Made by a program: the position numbers and the translations under genes
Part shown: piece after piece, positions 26,139 through 36,913 of the stretch
How positions within the stretch are numbered: the first letter of the stretch is position 1
Layout: each line of letters starts with the position of its first letter
The notes under the pieces: generated by a model
Database searches by the model: none
Seen by the model: only the letters and a program-made list of their open reading frames with translations
Told to the model about the DNA's origin: nothing
NCBI GenBank assembly: GCA_965205485.1
Contig: OZ242180.1
Span: 2,144,001 to 2,208,000, forward strand
DNA: 64,000 nucleotides
Source: Candidatus Latescibacterota bacterium
GTDB taxonomy: Bacteria; Latescibacterota; UBA2968; GCA-2709665
Direction of reading: 5' to 3'

Positions 26139-27089
26139 CTAACCGGTTTCCAGCAGGGCGGTCAGATGGTATTCGACGCACAGGGCGAGGCCATTGAGGT
26201 CGTAACCGCCTTCCAGAACCGAGATGAGACGATCGTTGGCGTACATCCTTGCGAGTTGACGGACTCTGCGCGTCATTTCGGCGAATCCGTCCCCCGTGAC
26301 CCGGGTGCCGGAAAGCGGGTCGTCGACGTGCGCGTCGAAACCTGCCGAAACGATGACGAATTCCGGCTGGAAACACTCCATTGCGGGGGCCAGAAGCTCG
26401 TCGAATGCGCGAAGGAATTGTTGGTCCCCCGCGCCGGCGGGCAGGGGGGCGTTCAGGTTCGTTCCCGATCCCGCGCCGATCCCCCTTTCGCCGCTGCCGC
26501 CGCTGAACCACGGATAGTGCGGGTACTGATGGGCGCTGAAATAGAAGACCGTTGGGTCTTCCTCGAAGATGTGCTGCGTACCGTTTCCGTGATGCACGTC
26601 CCAGTCGACGATGAGGATTCGTTCCAGCCGATGGGCTGCCTGGATGTATCGGGCGGCGACGGCCGCGTTGTTGAACAGGCAGAAGCCCATCGCACTGTCC
26701 CGCTCCGCGTGATGGCCCGGCGGACGCGCGGCGCAGAATACCGCGTCTGCGCGGCTATCCATCACTGCCTCGGCCGCCTCACAGGCCGCCCCTGCCGCGA
26801 GGCGGCCGACCTCAAAGGATGCAGGGCATATAAACGTGTCCCCCGCGTCCATGAGGTGTATGTTTCGTTCACATCGGCGTTGTACATCCTTAATGTGCCG
26901 TGCGGTGTGGACCGTCTCCAGCCAGTCGGCTTCCAGTATTCTCGGCGCGATCTCGACCAGCCGGTCGCTGAGTCCGGTCTCGTCCAGCCGGCTCTGGATG
27001 GCGACGAGCCGCTCCGGTCGTTCCGGATGCCCGAAGCCCGTGTCATGCCGGGAAAAATCAGGATGCGCGATCAGCCCCACCCTTGGCAT
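26139..27089 (-). CDS. Histone deacetylase/AcuC-family Zn amidohydrolase
   Basis: HPERPERL, RPPGHHA, GFCLFNN, DWDVHHGNGTQ, SAGFDAH, LEGGY. Confidence 0.92.
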   Translation of the reverse strand: MPRVGLIAHPDFSRHDTGFGHPERPERLVAIQSRLDETGLSDRLVEIAPRILEADWLETVHTARHIKDVQRRCERNIHLMDAGDTFICPASFEVGRLAAGAACEAAEAVMDSRADAVFCAARPPGHHAERDSAMGFCLFNNAAVAARYIQAAHRLERILIVDWDVHHGNGTQHIFEEDPTVFYFSAHQYPHYPWFSGGSGERGIGAGSGTNLNAPLPAGAGDQQFLRAFDELLAPAMECFQPEFVIVSAGFDAHVDDPLSGTRVTGDGFAEMTRRVRQLARMYANDRLISVLEGGYDLNGLALCVEYHLTALLETG

Positions 27090-27108
27090 TGTCCCTCCGG
27101 ATCGATGG

Positions 27109-27618
27109 CTACTTCTGTCGCCAGATTTCCCAGACAAGGTGTGACAGTTCCGGGACGATCAGTTTTTCCATTGCAAGGCGAACGGCGCCGGAAGAGCCGG
27201 GCATGCAGAATATCATCGTGTCGCGGTAGACGCCGGCCACTGCGCGGGAGAGCATGGCGCCGGAGCCAATGTCATCCCAACTCAGGGTGCGGAAGAGTTC
27301 GCCGAAGCCGTCCAATCGCTTTTCAAGCAGTCCCGTCACGGCTTCGTAGGTCGTGTCCCGCGCCGCGATACCCGTGCCGCCGCTTGTCAGAATGGCCTGG
27401 CAATCGCCCGCGTCCGTAATCCGGATGACGAGGTCGCGTATGCGGGCAGGCTCGTCAGGGACGATCTGGTAGAAGCCCGTGGTGTGGCCTCCAGCCTCGA
27501 GAAGATCCCTGATTATCCCGCCGCTTTTGTCGTCGGCTTCCGTACGCGTGTCGCTGATGGTGAGTACGGCGCAGCATACGGCGCCCTGTGCCTGTTTCTT
27601 GTGGTCCTCGTAGGGCAA
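27109..27618 (-). CDS. moaB: MoaB/MogA molybdenum cofactor biosynthesis protein
   Basis: LTISDTRT, DKSG, SGGTGIAARDTT, GFGELFR, LSRA, MPGS. TTG start after GAGGAGG. Confidence 0.88.
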   Translation of the reverse strand: MPYEDHKKQAQGAVCCAVLTISDTRTEADDKSGGIIRDLLEAGGHTTGFYQIVPDEPARIRDLVIRITDAGDCQAILTSGGTGIAARDTTYEAVTGLLEKRLDGFGELFRTLSWDDIGSGAMLSRAVAGVYRDTMIFCMPGSSGAVRLAMEKLIVPELSHLVWEIWRQK

Positions 27619-27787
27619 TGGGTCCCTCCTCGCGTTGAACCTTCGGTGGATAATCCGCTCTTGTCCCTGTATTGTGGTGGGTTTATATTTGTGGCTGACC
27701 TGAAAAGAAGCCGGTTCGCGAGTCCGAATTCGAAGCAAAGTAAAATCCATTTGCCTGATGCGTTTGTTCACCTGAGAGGCGTACACA

Positions 27788-28885
27788 ATGTCCCTGAAGA
27801 CCGTAACTGTTCTCGGCGGCGGAAACACGGCGTTTGCCGTGGCTGCCAACCTCAGCCTGAAGGGTTTTGAAATCACACTCTATGAGGTTCCCGGTTTCGG
27901 GGAATCTCTGGATCCAGTTGTGGACGACGGCATCATCCATCTACTCGGGGCGGCAGGACAGGGCGCGGCCAGAATCCACTGCGTCACCACCGATATCGAG
28001 GAGGCCCTGGAATCGCCGGATATCATCCTGCTCATCGTGCCGGCATACGCGCACAAACCCTTTGCGAAAGTCTGCGCGCCGCACCTGCGCCCGGGCCAGA
28101 CCGTCGTCATCATGCCAGGTACCCTCGGTACCCTCGAATGGGCGCGGCTCCTCCGGGAAGCCGGCGTCGAAGGCGTCGTCCTCGGCGAAGTGGATACCGC
28201 GCCGTTCGTGTGCCGGAAGACGGCTCCGGACGCCGCAACCATCTGGGGAATCGTCACCGGCCTGGGCCTGGGCGTCTTTCCGGCCGGCGAATTCGATCAC
28301 GTACGCGGACGGTTGGATACCCTTTTTCCGGGCATAGCGGGTTATCCTGACGTGATGGCCTGCGGTCTGGCCGCAATGAACCCGGTGGTCCATCCCGCGG
28401 GTGTCCTCCTTAACGCCGGCCGTGTGGAGTATTCACACGGTGAGTTTTACTTCTACGAAGAGGGCGTCACCCCAACCGTGGCCAGAGTGATCATGCAGGT
28501 TGACTCCGAACGCCGCTCGATAGCCAGCCGGCTGGGTTACAACCTGTGCCCGGCGAATGTCGCCTTTCATCGCGCCGGCTTCGGACCGGAAGGAGATCTG
28601 TGGGCGACCATTAACGGCAGTTACATGCTCACCCGTCTTAAGGCGCCCGGCTCCATGGACAGCCGCTGGCTCACGGAAGACATTCCCTACGGACTGGCGG
28701 CGTGGCACTCAGTGGGCGCACAGTACAATGTGCCTGCGCCCACCATACGCGCGATGGTCGACATCGGATCGATCGTTATCGGAGATGACGGGTGGGCTTC
28801 AGGCAGAGACGTCTCTGATCTGGGCATCGCCGGGATGGACCCGTGCGAGTTGAAGGCATATCTTCAAACGGGGAAGATCCCCTGA
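27788..28885 (+). CDS. NAD(P) octopine/nopaline (opine) dehydrogenase family
   Basis: VLGGGNTA Rossmann motif, NPVVHP, FYFYEEGVTP, DSER, RWLTEDIPYGL. Confidence 0.85.
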   Translation: MSLKTVTVLGGGNTAFAVAANLSLKGFEITLYEVPGFGESLDPVVDDGIIHLLGAAGQGAARIHCVTTDIEEALESPDIILLIVPAYAHKPFAKVCAPHLRPGQTVVIMPGTLGTLEWARLLREAGVEGVVLGEVDTAPFVCRKTAPDAATIWGIVTGLGLGVFPAGEFDHVRGRLDTLFPGIAGYPDVMACGLAAMNPVVHPAGVLLNAGRVEYSHGEFYFYEEGVTPTVARVIMQVDSERRSIASRLGYNLCPANVAFHRAGFGPEGDLWATINGSYMLTRLKAPGSMDSRWLTEDIPYGLAAWHSVGAQYNVPAPTIRAMVDIGSIVIGDDGWASGRDVSDLGIAGMDPCELKAYLQTGKIP

Positions 28886-28964
28886 CCTCTCCGCGTGAGA
28901 TCGGTGCATTGTCGCATCGGTATCTATCTCCGACCGGCCCGCGTTATCAAGGGTCAACGGGCTG

Positions 28965-29954
28965 CTAAGACGTCCGGATGCGTTCTTCGTAGTACGATTG
29001 CAGACATCGATCCATCACCCATCCCGTCCGCGCCGCGCTTTCGCCGGTCGACTCGCACGTTCCCCTGCCCAGGATTTCGTCCACGACCGTCTGGATCAGC
29101 GGCTGATGAACGTGCGGCGGATTCCGGAATTCCACGGTGGTTGTCACCGCGCCTTTCTTGACCCGGATGCCGGTATCCGAAAAAACCGGGCATTGCAACT
29201 CGCCGTCGGAGCCGGTAAACGTAATCCGATCGTCGGAAAAACCGGCGTTGAAATTCCAGATGCCTGTTCCCACGATCCCGGATTCAAATTCAAAGCCGGC
29301 CGCGACCGTGTCCTCGGCCTGGTACGTACCCCCCGTATTCGCCGCGCATCCCCAAACCCGTCTGATCGGACTCACGAGGAAATCCAGCAGATCCAGTCCG
29401 TGAGATCCCAGGTCCATGAACAACCCCCCGCCCGACACCTCCGGCCTGAATCGCCAGCCGTCCGCATCCTCGCCGCGGGCCAGCAGTTCGTAGTGCGTAA
29501 TGTGTACCGAACTCAACTCCCCGACCGCTCCTTCCTGAAGCAACTTCCTGACGCGCAGGAATCGAGGAAGGGCCCGCCTGTAGTATGCCACAAAAAGCGG
29601 CCGTCCTCTGTTCCGGAAGGCCGCCACCATTTGCCGGCATTCGCTGTGATCCATCGCCATAGGCTTTTCAACCAGGCATGGTTTTCCCGCCTGCGCCACT
29701 TTCAATGCCAGTTCGAGATGCGAAGACGGCGGGGTGGCCACATACACGGCATCGACACCGTCATCCTCAATCAATGCCTCCGCCTGCCCGTAATGCCGCG
29801 GCACGCCGTGCCGGTTCGCGTAGTCGGCCGCCTTTTGCACGTCCCGCCTCATCACCGCCACCAGCTTCGCCGTGTTGGCATTCTGAAATCCAGGTCCGCT
29901 CTTCACCTCCGTGACGTCGCCACATCCAACGATTCCCCATCGCACGCACTCCAT
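28965..29954 (-). CDS. Gfo/Idh/MocA-family oxidoreductase
   Basis: RWGIVGCGDVTEVKSGP, VATPPSSH, VEKPMA, GGGLFMDLGSH. Confidence 0.9.
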   Translation of the reverse strand: MECVRWGIVGCGDVTEVKSGPGFQNANTAKLVAVMRRDVQKAADYANRHGVPRHYGQAEALIEDDGVDAVYVATPPSSHLELALKVAQAGKPCLVEKPMAMDHSECRQMVAAFRNRGRPLFVAYYRRALPRFLRVRKLLQEGAVGELSSVHITHYELLARGEDADGWRFRPEVSGGGLFMDLGSHGLDLLDFLVSPIRRVWGCAANTGGTYQAEDTVAAGFEFESGIVGTGIWNFNAGFSDDRITFTGSDGELQCPVFSDTGIRVKKGAVTTTVEFRNPPHVHQPLIQTVVDEILGRGTCESTGESAARTGWVMDRCLQSYYEERIRTS

Positions 29955-30012
29955 GTCTTTGTTCCTCAAATAGCCCCTTGAGTCAATCGTCGGGGCGAAG
30001 CAAGACAGCTTC

Positions 30013-31176
30013 TCAGCCGGTATCCTTTAGGCGCCGCCTCAGAAACGAAGGAATCTCCAGGTCGTCGAGTGAGACATCTCCTTCGGCGTTTTTCTCGGGC
30101 GCAGCCTGCAGCTCCGTTACCTCGGCGGCGCCGGCTTTGCGCATGTATGCCGGAACATCCAGACCGAGCGGGTTGTCCATCGGGACTCGCGGCGCTTGCG
30201 TTCCGGCGATATTCTCTTTCTCGGCGAAACCGGTGGCAATCACTGTTACCCGCAGCTCATCGCTGAGTCCATCATCCAGCACCGTGCCCCAGATTATATT
30301 CGCCTCGGATCCGACCGCCTTGGTGACGGTAGACACCGAATCGTCCACTTCAAACAGCTTCAAGTCGCTGCCGGCCGCGATATTCACCAGGACGCACCTC
30401 GCTCCTTCGATGGAAAGATCTTCCAGCAAGGGGCTTCGGATGGCGACCTCGGCCGCCTGGATTGCCCGACCTTCACCCGTGGCCGTGCCGGTTCCCATCA
30501 ACGCGTCACCACCCTGCTGCATTACCGTGCGCACATCGTTGAAATCCAGATTGACTTCACCCGGCATTGCAATCAGGTCCGAGATTCCGCGTGTCGCCTG
30601 CAGCAGAACGTCGTCCGCCAACCTGAAGGCCTCGCGCAGCGTGGTGTCCTCGGTGCAGACATCCAGGAGACGCTGGTTTGGAATGACAATGAGCGTGTCC
30701 ACGGAGTCCTTCAGCTGATCGATCCCCATCTCCGCGTTTCGCAACCGGGGCACCCCCTCCATCTTGAACGGCTTCGTCACGATGCCCACCGTCAATGCGC
30801 CGGCATCTCTTGCGATCTCTGCCACCACGGGCGCGGCGCCGGTGCCGGTACCGCCACCCATGCCTGCGGTCACGAATACCATGTCCGATCCGGCCAGAAG
30901 TTCGGTGACGTGGTCCCGGTCTTCTTCCATGGCCTGACGTCCGATTTCCGGATTGGCGCCGGCCCCCAGCCCTTTTGTAATCGTCTCGCCGATTTGTACC
31001 CGTTTCGACGCTTCGGATTTGTCAAGGTCCTGCAGGTCAGAATTAACCGCGATAAACTCCACGCCCTTGAGGTCTGCGGCGATCATGCGGTTAACCGCGT
31101 TGCCTCCCGCGCCGCCGACACCCACAACCCGCATCTTCGCCTGGTTGTCATTGTCAACTATTGAGAACGTGACCAT
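30013..31176 (-). CDS. ftsZ: Cell division protein FtsZ
   Basis: GVGGAGGNAVNRM, GMGGGTGTG tubulin signature, NLDFND, C-terminal LEIPSFLR. Confidence 0.98.
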   Translation of the reverse strand: MVTFSIVDNDNQAKMRVVGVGGAGGNAVNRMIAADLKGVEFIAVNSDLQDLDKSEASKRVQIGETITKGLGAGANPEIGRQAMEEDRDHVTELLAGSDMVFVTAGMGGGTGTGAAPVVAEIARDAGALTVGIVTKPFKMEGVPRLRNAEMGIDQLKDSVDTLIVIPNQRLLDVCTEDTTLREAFRLADDVLLQATRGISDLIAMPGEVNLDFNDVRTVMQQGGDALMGTGTATGEGRAIQAAEVAIRSPLLEDLSIEGARCVLVNIAAGSDLKLFEVDDSVSTVTKAVGSEANIIWGTVLDDGLSDELRVTVIATGFAEKENIAGTQAPRVPMDNPLGLDVPAYMRKAGAAEVTELQAAPEKNAEGDVSLDDLEIPSFLRRRLKDTG

Positions 31177-31283
31177 TTAGCTTCTCCTATCAACTGCGTG
31201 AAGTGGGCAAATCCCTTCGTTCAGACCCGTTCGTTATCGTTCGTGACTGTTATGCATACGGCAGAACGCGGCCGCCGTTTACA

Positions 31284-32519
31284 CTAGAAAAAGTCCTTCA
31301 CCCACGCCTTCATCCTGCCCAGAACCGAACCAAAGTAACCGTTGCCGCCGTTGCTCAACGCGCCACCGAACTCCTGATGCTGGAGGCCGAATTTCACCAG
31401 GCCGACACCGGTCGCGTAGATGGGCTCCGCGACGTCGTCCGAAAGGCCGGTAAAGCCGTTCGGCATGCCTACGCTCACTGGCATTCCGAACACCGTTTCC
31501 GCCAGCTCAGCCGTCCCCTCGAGCATTGATCCGCCGCCGGTGATGACAACGCCTGCCGCCAGCAGATCGGCATAATCGGTCCTGCGGATCTCCCGATGGA
31601 CCAGGGAGAAGATTTCCTCCATGCGCGCTTCGATAATCGCCGACAATTCCTCTCGCGGCACCTCAAATGAGGGCCGCCCACCGATACCCGGTACGTGTAT
31701 GGTCTCGTCCTTTTCGACGAGTGAACGTGACGAACAGCCGCGAGAACGCTTGATGTTTTCCGCCTGTACCAGCGGGGTCCTCAATCCGATTGAGATATCG
31801 CTGGTTACGTTTTCCCCGCCCAGCCCCACGACGGCCGTATGCCTGATGCTTCCGTCGTAGAATACGGCGACGTCGGTTGTGCCGCCGCCAATGTCGACCA
31901 GCGTAACGCCCATTTCCTCTTCCTCGGGCGACAAAACGGCGTAGCTGGACGCCAACGGCTCCAGCACGAGATCCACAACCTCGACGCCCGCCCTTCGGAT
32001 GCTCTTGCATATATTCTGTGCCGACGTCACTGCGCCCGTAACCATATGCACGTCGGCCTCGAGACGCACTCCCGACATTCCAATCGGATTCTTGACACCG
32101 GGCTGGTCGTCCACCACGAACGATTGGGGCAGAACGTGGATGATTTCCCGGTCCATGGGTATCGAAACCGCCTTGGCGGTCTCAATGACACGCGCCTCAT
32201 CCTGAGCGGTGATCTCGTTGTCATTTCCGGACACGGCGATCACGCCCCGGCAATTGAGGCTGCGAATGTGATCGCCGGCGATCCCGGCGTAGACTGCGCC
32301 GATGCGTACATCCGAGGCCTGTTCCGCTTCTTCGACGGCGCACTGGATGGACTGGACGGTCTGGGCGACATTGATCACGACACCACGTTTCAGCCCGTTG
32401 GACGGGCTTGTGCCGATTCCCGTAATCTTGAGCTGATCGTCTTCCTCCACCTCGGCCACGACCACACAGATCTTGGTCGTTCCAATATCCATTCCAACGA
32501 TCTGATCCCCTTTGGCCAT
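31284..32519 (-). CDS. ftsA: Cell division protein FtsA
   Basis: DIGTTKI, PIGMSGVRLE, DIGGGTTD, VITGGGS, C-terminal amphipathic WVKDFF. Confidence 0.97.
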   Translation of the reverse strand: MAKGDQIVGMDIGTTKICVVVAEVEEDDQLKITGIGTSPSNGLKRGVVINVAQTVQSIQCAVEEAEQASDVRIGAVYAGIAGDHIRSLNCRGVIAVSGNDNEITAQDEARVIETAKAVSIPMDREIIHVLPQSFVVDDQPGVKNPIGMSGVRLEADVHMVTGAVTSAQNICKSIRRAGVEVVDLVLEPLASSYAVLSPEEEEMGVTLVDIGGGTTDVAVFYDGSIRHTAVVGLGGENVTSDISIGLRTPLVQAENIKRSRGCSSRSLVEKDETIHVPGIGGRPSFEVPREELSAIIEARMEEIFSLVHREIRRTDYADLLAAGVVITGGGSMLEGTAELAETVFGMPVSVGMPNGFTGLSDDVAEPIYATGVGLVKFGLQHQEFGGALSNGGNGYFGSVLGRMKAWVKDFF

Positions 32520-32583
32520 CCGCTCTTCCTTTCCCGCTTCTGCACGACAAGTGCCCGATTCCGGTTCTCGAAACCCCTGAGAT

Positions 32584-33378
32584 TTACCCTCTACCCACAA
32601 TGACCTGGTTCGAAAACCGGAGATCCACGTAGGCCGGTGTCTGATTCCTGTGGGCCCCCGCCTTCACAAACGCATCAAAACGACGGACCTGTCCAGCCGC
32701 ATCTTCAAGTCGCATCAGCAGCGTCAGCCCATCGCCCACCAGAATGACCCGGGCCTCAGTAGCGGACACCAGGTGGACTTCGGAGACCTCTTCCAGGAAT
32801 GCCGGTGTGTTTGACCGAAGCTCGTCGAGGAATGCAACAAGGTTGGAAAACCGGTAAACCCCCGGTGTGTCCGCAACCGCTTCAATACCGGTCACGACCG
32901 GCAGATCAAACGACGCCTGCCGCAGCGGAAAGAGTGCACCATCCTCGGCCAGCCCGCGCAGACCTTCCGGCATTGCGGCCAGCGCGAGCGGACGCCGCTC
33001 CCTCAGTTCGATGAGCAGCCCGCCGGGAGGCTGCCGCAACAACAGCGCATCCTTGATCGCAGGATCTGCCACCAGCCGTTGCGTTGCCGCCTTGAGATCG
33101 GCCGCAAACAGGTTGACGCCGACTTTCAGACCGGAAAGGGCCGCGACGTCGCTTTCCTTCAGAAGCCGGTTGCCCGTCACAGTAATGTGGTCCAGACGAA
33201 ACAGGTCGGATCCGGTGAGCGCCGAATATGCATTCTGAATCCCGAATATCAGCAATCCAACAAGCGCAAGAACGACAATCCAATGCAGGATGCGGACTGA
33301 CGACCCGGGTTCAGGTTCCACGTGAGTAATCCGCTCACGTTCCTGCGTCCGGGAATAGATCGGTCTATGACTGGACAT
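32584..33378 (-). CDS. ftsQ: Cell division protein FtsQ/DivIB
   Basis: Single TM, POTRA (ITVTGN...NLF), ER.PLA, LPVVTG, YVDLRF; dcw position. Confidence 0.88.
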   Translation of the reverse strand: MSSHRPIYSRTQERERITHVEPEPGSSVRILHWIVVLALVGLLIFGIQNAYSALTGSDLFRLDHITVTGNRLLKESDVAALSGLKVGVNLFAADLKAATQRLVADPAIKDALLLRQPPGGLLIELRERRPLALAAMPEGLRGLAEDGALFPLRQASFDLPVVTGIEAVADTPGVYRFSNLVAFLDELRSNTPAFLEEVSEVHLVSATEARVILVGDGLTLLMRLEDAAGQVRRFDAFVKAGAHRNQTPAYVDLRFSNQVIVGRG

Positions 33379-33473
33379 GTGACCTCCGTCGTTTCTGTTG
33401 ATTCGGGCAATCCCGTACCGCAACCGATGCCACGCACGGGAACCCATCGCAAGGACGCGTTGCGGCACCCCGC

Positions 33474-34412
33474 TCAGGGGTTCTCGATTCCACGCTCTCC
33501 GACAACGCGAACTTCCATGTTCAATTCAATGCCAAAGGCCTGCTGTACCCGCTCCTGGACCATTTGTGCCAGCAAGAGCACATCCGCCGCGGTGCCACCA
33601 CCCCGATTCACGATAAAATTCGCATGGACATCAGATACCTCGACATCGCCCACGGACAGCCCCTTGCATCCGGCTCTGTCAATGAGCAGCCCGGCCGAAG
33701 CGCCGGGAGGGTTCTTGAAGATGCAGCCGGCGTTACGCTCCCAAAGCGGCTGCGAACTTCTTCGCTGGGCCAGCATTTCGTCCATGCGCGCCTGGACCGC
33801 CGCGGGATCGTCATCCTCCAGAAGAAACCCCGCCTCCACGATCAGGAATCCGGGGGGAAGGTCCGTTCGACGGTACGAAAACGATATTGACTCTCTCCTC
33901 AGTTCCAGTGCATCTCCGGATTGGAGGTTCAGGCCTCTCAGCCACGCCGTCCGCTCCATGATCTGCCCCCCCCACGCCCCGGCGTTGCCCCATATCGCGC
34001 CCCCCACGGTACCCGGAATGCCACATCCGAACTCCATTCCGGTTCGCCCGGAACGCTGACAGCGTCTGGAAAATACCTGTAGGCTTGCGCCCGCCTGTGC
34101 AGTGCCCTGATCCGATTCAATCGCCATTCGAGAGAGCCCGCCAGTCAAGCAGATGACCAGCCCTCTGAAACCGGAGTCGTTTACCAGCATGTTCGTTCCG
34201 CCGCCCAGAGGCAATACCTTCAGTTCGGATTCCAGAACGAGCGGCACCGCGGCAATCAGATCATCCATGTCCGCGGGCCGGAAAAACAGGTCTGCGGCGC
34301 CACCCATGCCAAAATGGGTATGCTTCTTCAAGGGTTCATCAACCAGAAGTTCGCCCCGGCAGCGTGCCCGGATTTCACGGGCGAGCAAATTCCGCTTTGA
34401 AGCATCAGGCAT
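33474..34412 (-). CDS. murB: UDP-N-acetylmuramate dehydrogenase
   Basis: LGGGTNML, GIPGTVGGA..NAGA, FSYR, QP...AGCIFKNP, HANFIVN. Confidence 0.95.
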   Translation of the reverse strand: MPDASKRNLLAREIRARCRGELLVDEPLKKHTHFGMGGAADLFFRPADMDDLIAAVPLVLESELKVLPLGGGTNMLVNDSGFRGLVICLTGGLSRMAIESDQGTAQAGASLQVFSRRCQRSGRTGMEFGCGIPGTVGGAIWGNAGAWGGQIMERTAWLRGLNLQSGDALELRRESISFSYRRTDLPPGFLIVEAGFLLEDDDPAAVQARMDEMLAQRRSSQPLWERNAGCIFKNPPGASAGLLIDRAGCKGLSVGDVEVSDVHANFIVNRGGGTAADVLLLAQMVQERVQQAFGIELNMEVRVVGERGIENP

Positions 34413-35817
34413 CGGCCCGTGGCGCTCCCCCGGCCAACCGGTCAATGAGCCCGTATGCAATCTGCTCCACGTCACCGGCGCCCATCACCAATACGAGGTC
34501 TCCAGGCGCAAGGGATTTCGACAGGAGACGTTCGAGATCATGCAGGGCCGGAATGTAGAACACTTCGGTACAGCCGGCAGCCCGCACCTGACGCGCCACG
34601 GTCTCACCGGACACGCCGGGAATCGCGTCCTCCCGGGCGGCATAGACGTCGGCTACCCAGACCTGGTCGGCTTCACTCAACGCCCGCCCGAAATCAGCCG
34701 CGAAATCTCTGGTTCTCGAGTACAGGTGCGGCTGGAAAACGGCTAACAAACGGCCCGAGCATGCCGGCCGGATCGTCTCAAGGGCGGCGCGAACCTCGGT
34801 TGGATGATGGGCGTAGTCGTTTACGACACGCACGCCACCGGGACCGCCGAGCACTTCCAGACGTCGTCTCACGCCACGGAAGTTCTCCAACCCTGCCCGT
34901 ATTTCCTTCCAGGGCAGTTGCAGGGCCAGGCCCACGCCAACGGCCGCCAGCGCATTGCTCACATTGTGACGGCCGGGAACCCGGAGGACAATATCGCCGA
35001 GCGGCTTTTTTCGGTCGACCGCCCTGAACCGACTTTCGAGACCGGTCTGAAGCACGGCTTGCGCAGAGATCCTTGTTTCGCCCTCAAACCCATATGTGAA
35101 GACCTTGAGATGCCCCGCGTTCAATCGCCGCACGAACGGTCCATCCCAGGCCATCACCGCGCTTCGGCTGGTCTGATCCAGAAACTGCTGAAACGCCCGG
35201 AAGAGACCCTCCATATTCCCGTAAGTATCGAGATGATCCTCCTCGAGTGACGTCACGACTGCGACCTCGGGACGCAACGTCAGGAAGGAGCGGTCGAATT
35301 CATCGGCCTCGACGGCCCACAGCGACCGTGAGCCGGGACGCAGGTTTCTTTCAGGGCCGCGGACGATTCCGCCCACCAGCACCGTGGGGTCCAGACCCGC
35401 CGCCTCGAGAACCGCGCCCACCATCGCCGTCGCCGTTGTCTTCCCGTGTGTTCCGGTTATGCCCACAACCCGGCGTCCAGCTGTCAATTGCCCGAGGAGA
35501 CTTGCCCTCTTGACCGTGGGAATCCCTTTCGATCGGGCCTCTTGAAGCTCTCTGTTTTCCGGACCCGCAGCAGGCGTGTATACCACCAGGTCTGCGTTTT
35601 CAACGGCCTCCGGCGTATGTCCAATTTGAACCGGAATCCCCAGCATTCCCAACCGGTCCGTCAGCGCGGAGACTTCGCGGTCGGATCCGGTGACAATGCA
35701 TTCCTGGTGAAAAAGCAGTTCCGCAACCGCGCTCATGCCCACGCCGCCGATGCCCACAAAGTGAACCCTGCAGCCCTGTTTCCGATTCAAAATGCGGGAC
35801 AGATCACTATCGCTCAC
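34405..35817 (-). CDS. murC: UDP-N-acetylmuramate--L-alanine ligase
   Basis: HFVGIGGVGMS, GTHGKTT, EADEFD, DYAHHPTE, FQPHLYSRT, MGAGD. Confidence 0.96.
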   Translation of the reverse strand: MSDSDLSRILNRKQGCRVHFVGIGGVGMSAVAELLFHQECIVTGSDREVSALTDRLGMLGIPVQIGHTPEAVENADLVVYTPAAGPENRELQEARSKGIPTVKRASLLGQLTAGRRVVGITGTHGKTTATAMVGAVLEAAGLDPTVLVGGIVRGPERNLRPGSRSLWAVEADEFDRSFLTLRPEVAVVTSLEEDHLDTYGNMEGLFRAFQQFLDQTSRSAVMAWDGPFVRRLNAGHLKVFTYGFEGETRISAQAVLQTGLESRFRAVDRKKPLGDIVLRVPGRHNVSNALAAVGVGLALQLPWKEIRAGLENFRGVRRRLEVLGGPGGVRVVNDYAHHPTEVRAALETIRPACSGRLLAVFQPHLYSRTRDFAADFGRALSEADQVWVADVYAAREDAIPGVSGETVARQVRAAGCTEVFYIPALHDLERLLSKSLAPGDLVLVMGAGDVEQIAYGLIDRLAGGAPRADA

Positions 35818-36913
35818 CGCGCAGCAGTCCACGATGCGCCATGCCCTCCACCATCCGTGCGGCCGCGTCGGGAACCGCCAGTGCGCGGCTGCGGCGGGCC
35901 ATATCCGAAAGAAGCCCGGTCGTATCGATCATCCCGGACACTTCCTGTACGAGTCTTTCCCCGCTGAGTCCTGATTCATGCACCATACGCGCGGCTCCGG
36001 CGCGAACCATCATCTTTGCATTGTGTACCTGATGGTTCTCTGCCGCCAGCGGCAATGGCACCATCAATGCGGGAACACCCAGTTGCGTCATTTCCGTTAT
36101 CGTTATCGCGCCTGCCCGGGTCAACGCGAGGTCTGCCGCGCTGTAAGCCACCGCCATATCGTCGATGAATTCCCTGACGACCACGCGGCCGCCGCAGCGG
36201 CGGGCGGCAGATGCCGCAGCGTGATATCCCACCCTGCCTGTCTGCCACAGAATCTGATATCCGCGATCCGTGAGCAGGGTCAGCGCCTCCGCCACGGCGC
36301 GGTTGATTCCCATTGAACCCTGGCTGGCTCCGGTGACGAACAGCGTGACCCGATCCACGTCCAGACCCAATCGCCGGCGAGCCTCCTTCCTGTCCACACG
36401 CCGCCAGCCATCCCTGATCGGGTTGCCTACGACATGCTTCTCACGCCCGCCCACGCGGCGTCTCGCCCCTTCAAATGCCAGGTATACCTGCCGGGCCGCG
36501 CGGGACAACAGGCGGACGGTGAGCCCGGGGTAGTTGTTCTGCTCATGCAGGACCAGTGGAATACCAAGCACCCGGGCGGCAACCCCCACCGGGCCGCTGA
36601 CGTGGCCGCCGGTGCAGATTACGGTATGGGGACCATACGCAACAAGAATGCGGAACGCGGAACAGATGCCCTTGAGAAGCGACCATGGAAACTGCAACAG
36701 ATCCAGATGCAAGCGACGTTTAAGGCCAATAACCTGTACCGTCTCCAGGACATAACCGGCATGCGGAACCAGCCTGGCCTCAACACCTCGCGCAACACCG
36801 ACGAACCTGATTATCGTATCCGGATGACTCTTGCGAACGGCGGCCGCTACGCCCAGCGCGGGCACCGTGTGGCCGCCGGTCAGCGTAACGGCAAACAACA
36901 GGCGTAGTGGCAT
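35807..36913 (-). CDS. murG: Lipid I N-acetylglucosaminyltransferase
   Basis: TGGH.P, HEQN, GNP.R, WQTG, FIDDM, RAGA, HQ..NA; dcw position. Confidence 0.93.
   Translation of the reverse strand: MPLRLLFAVTLTGGHTVPALGVAAAVRKSHPDTIIRFVGVARGVEARLVPHAGYVLETVQVIGLKRRLHLDLLQFPWSLLKGICSAFRILVAYGPHTVICTGGHVSGPVGVAARVLGIPLVLHEQNNYPGLTVRLLSRAARQVYLAFEGARRRVGGREKHVVGNPIRDGWRRVDRKEARRRLGLDVDRVTLFVTGASQGSMGINRAVAEALTLLTDRGYQILWQTGRVGYHAAASAARRCGGRVVVREFIDDMAVAYSAADLALTRAGAITITEMTQLGVPALMVPLPLAAENHQVHNAKMMVRAGAARMVHESGLSGERLVQEVSGMIDTTGLLSDMARRSRALAVPDAAARMVEGMAHRGLLRGER

Noticed and set aside
31203..31260. Short (T)CGTT(C) repeats between ftsA and ftsZ
   Set aside because: Too short and irregular to support a binding-site call.
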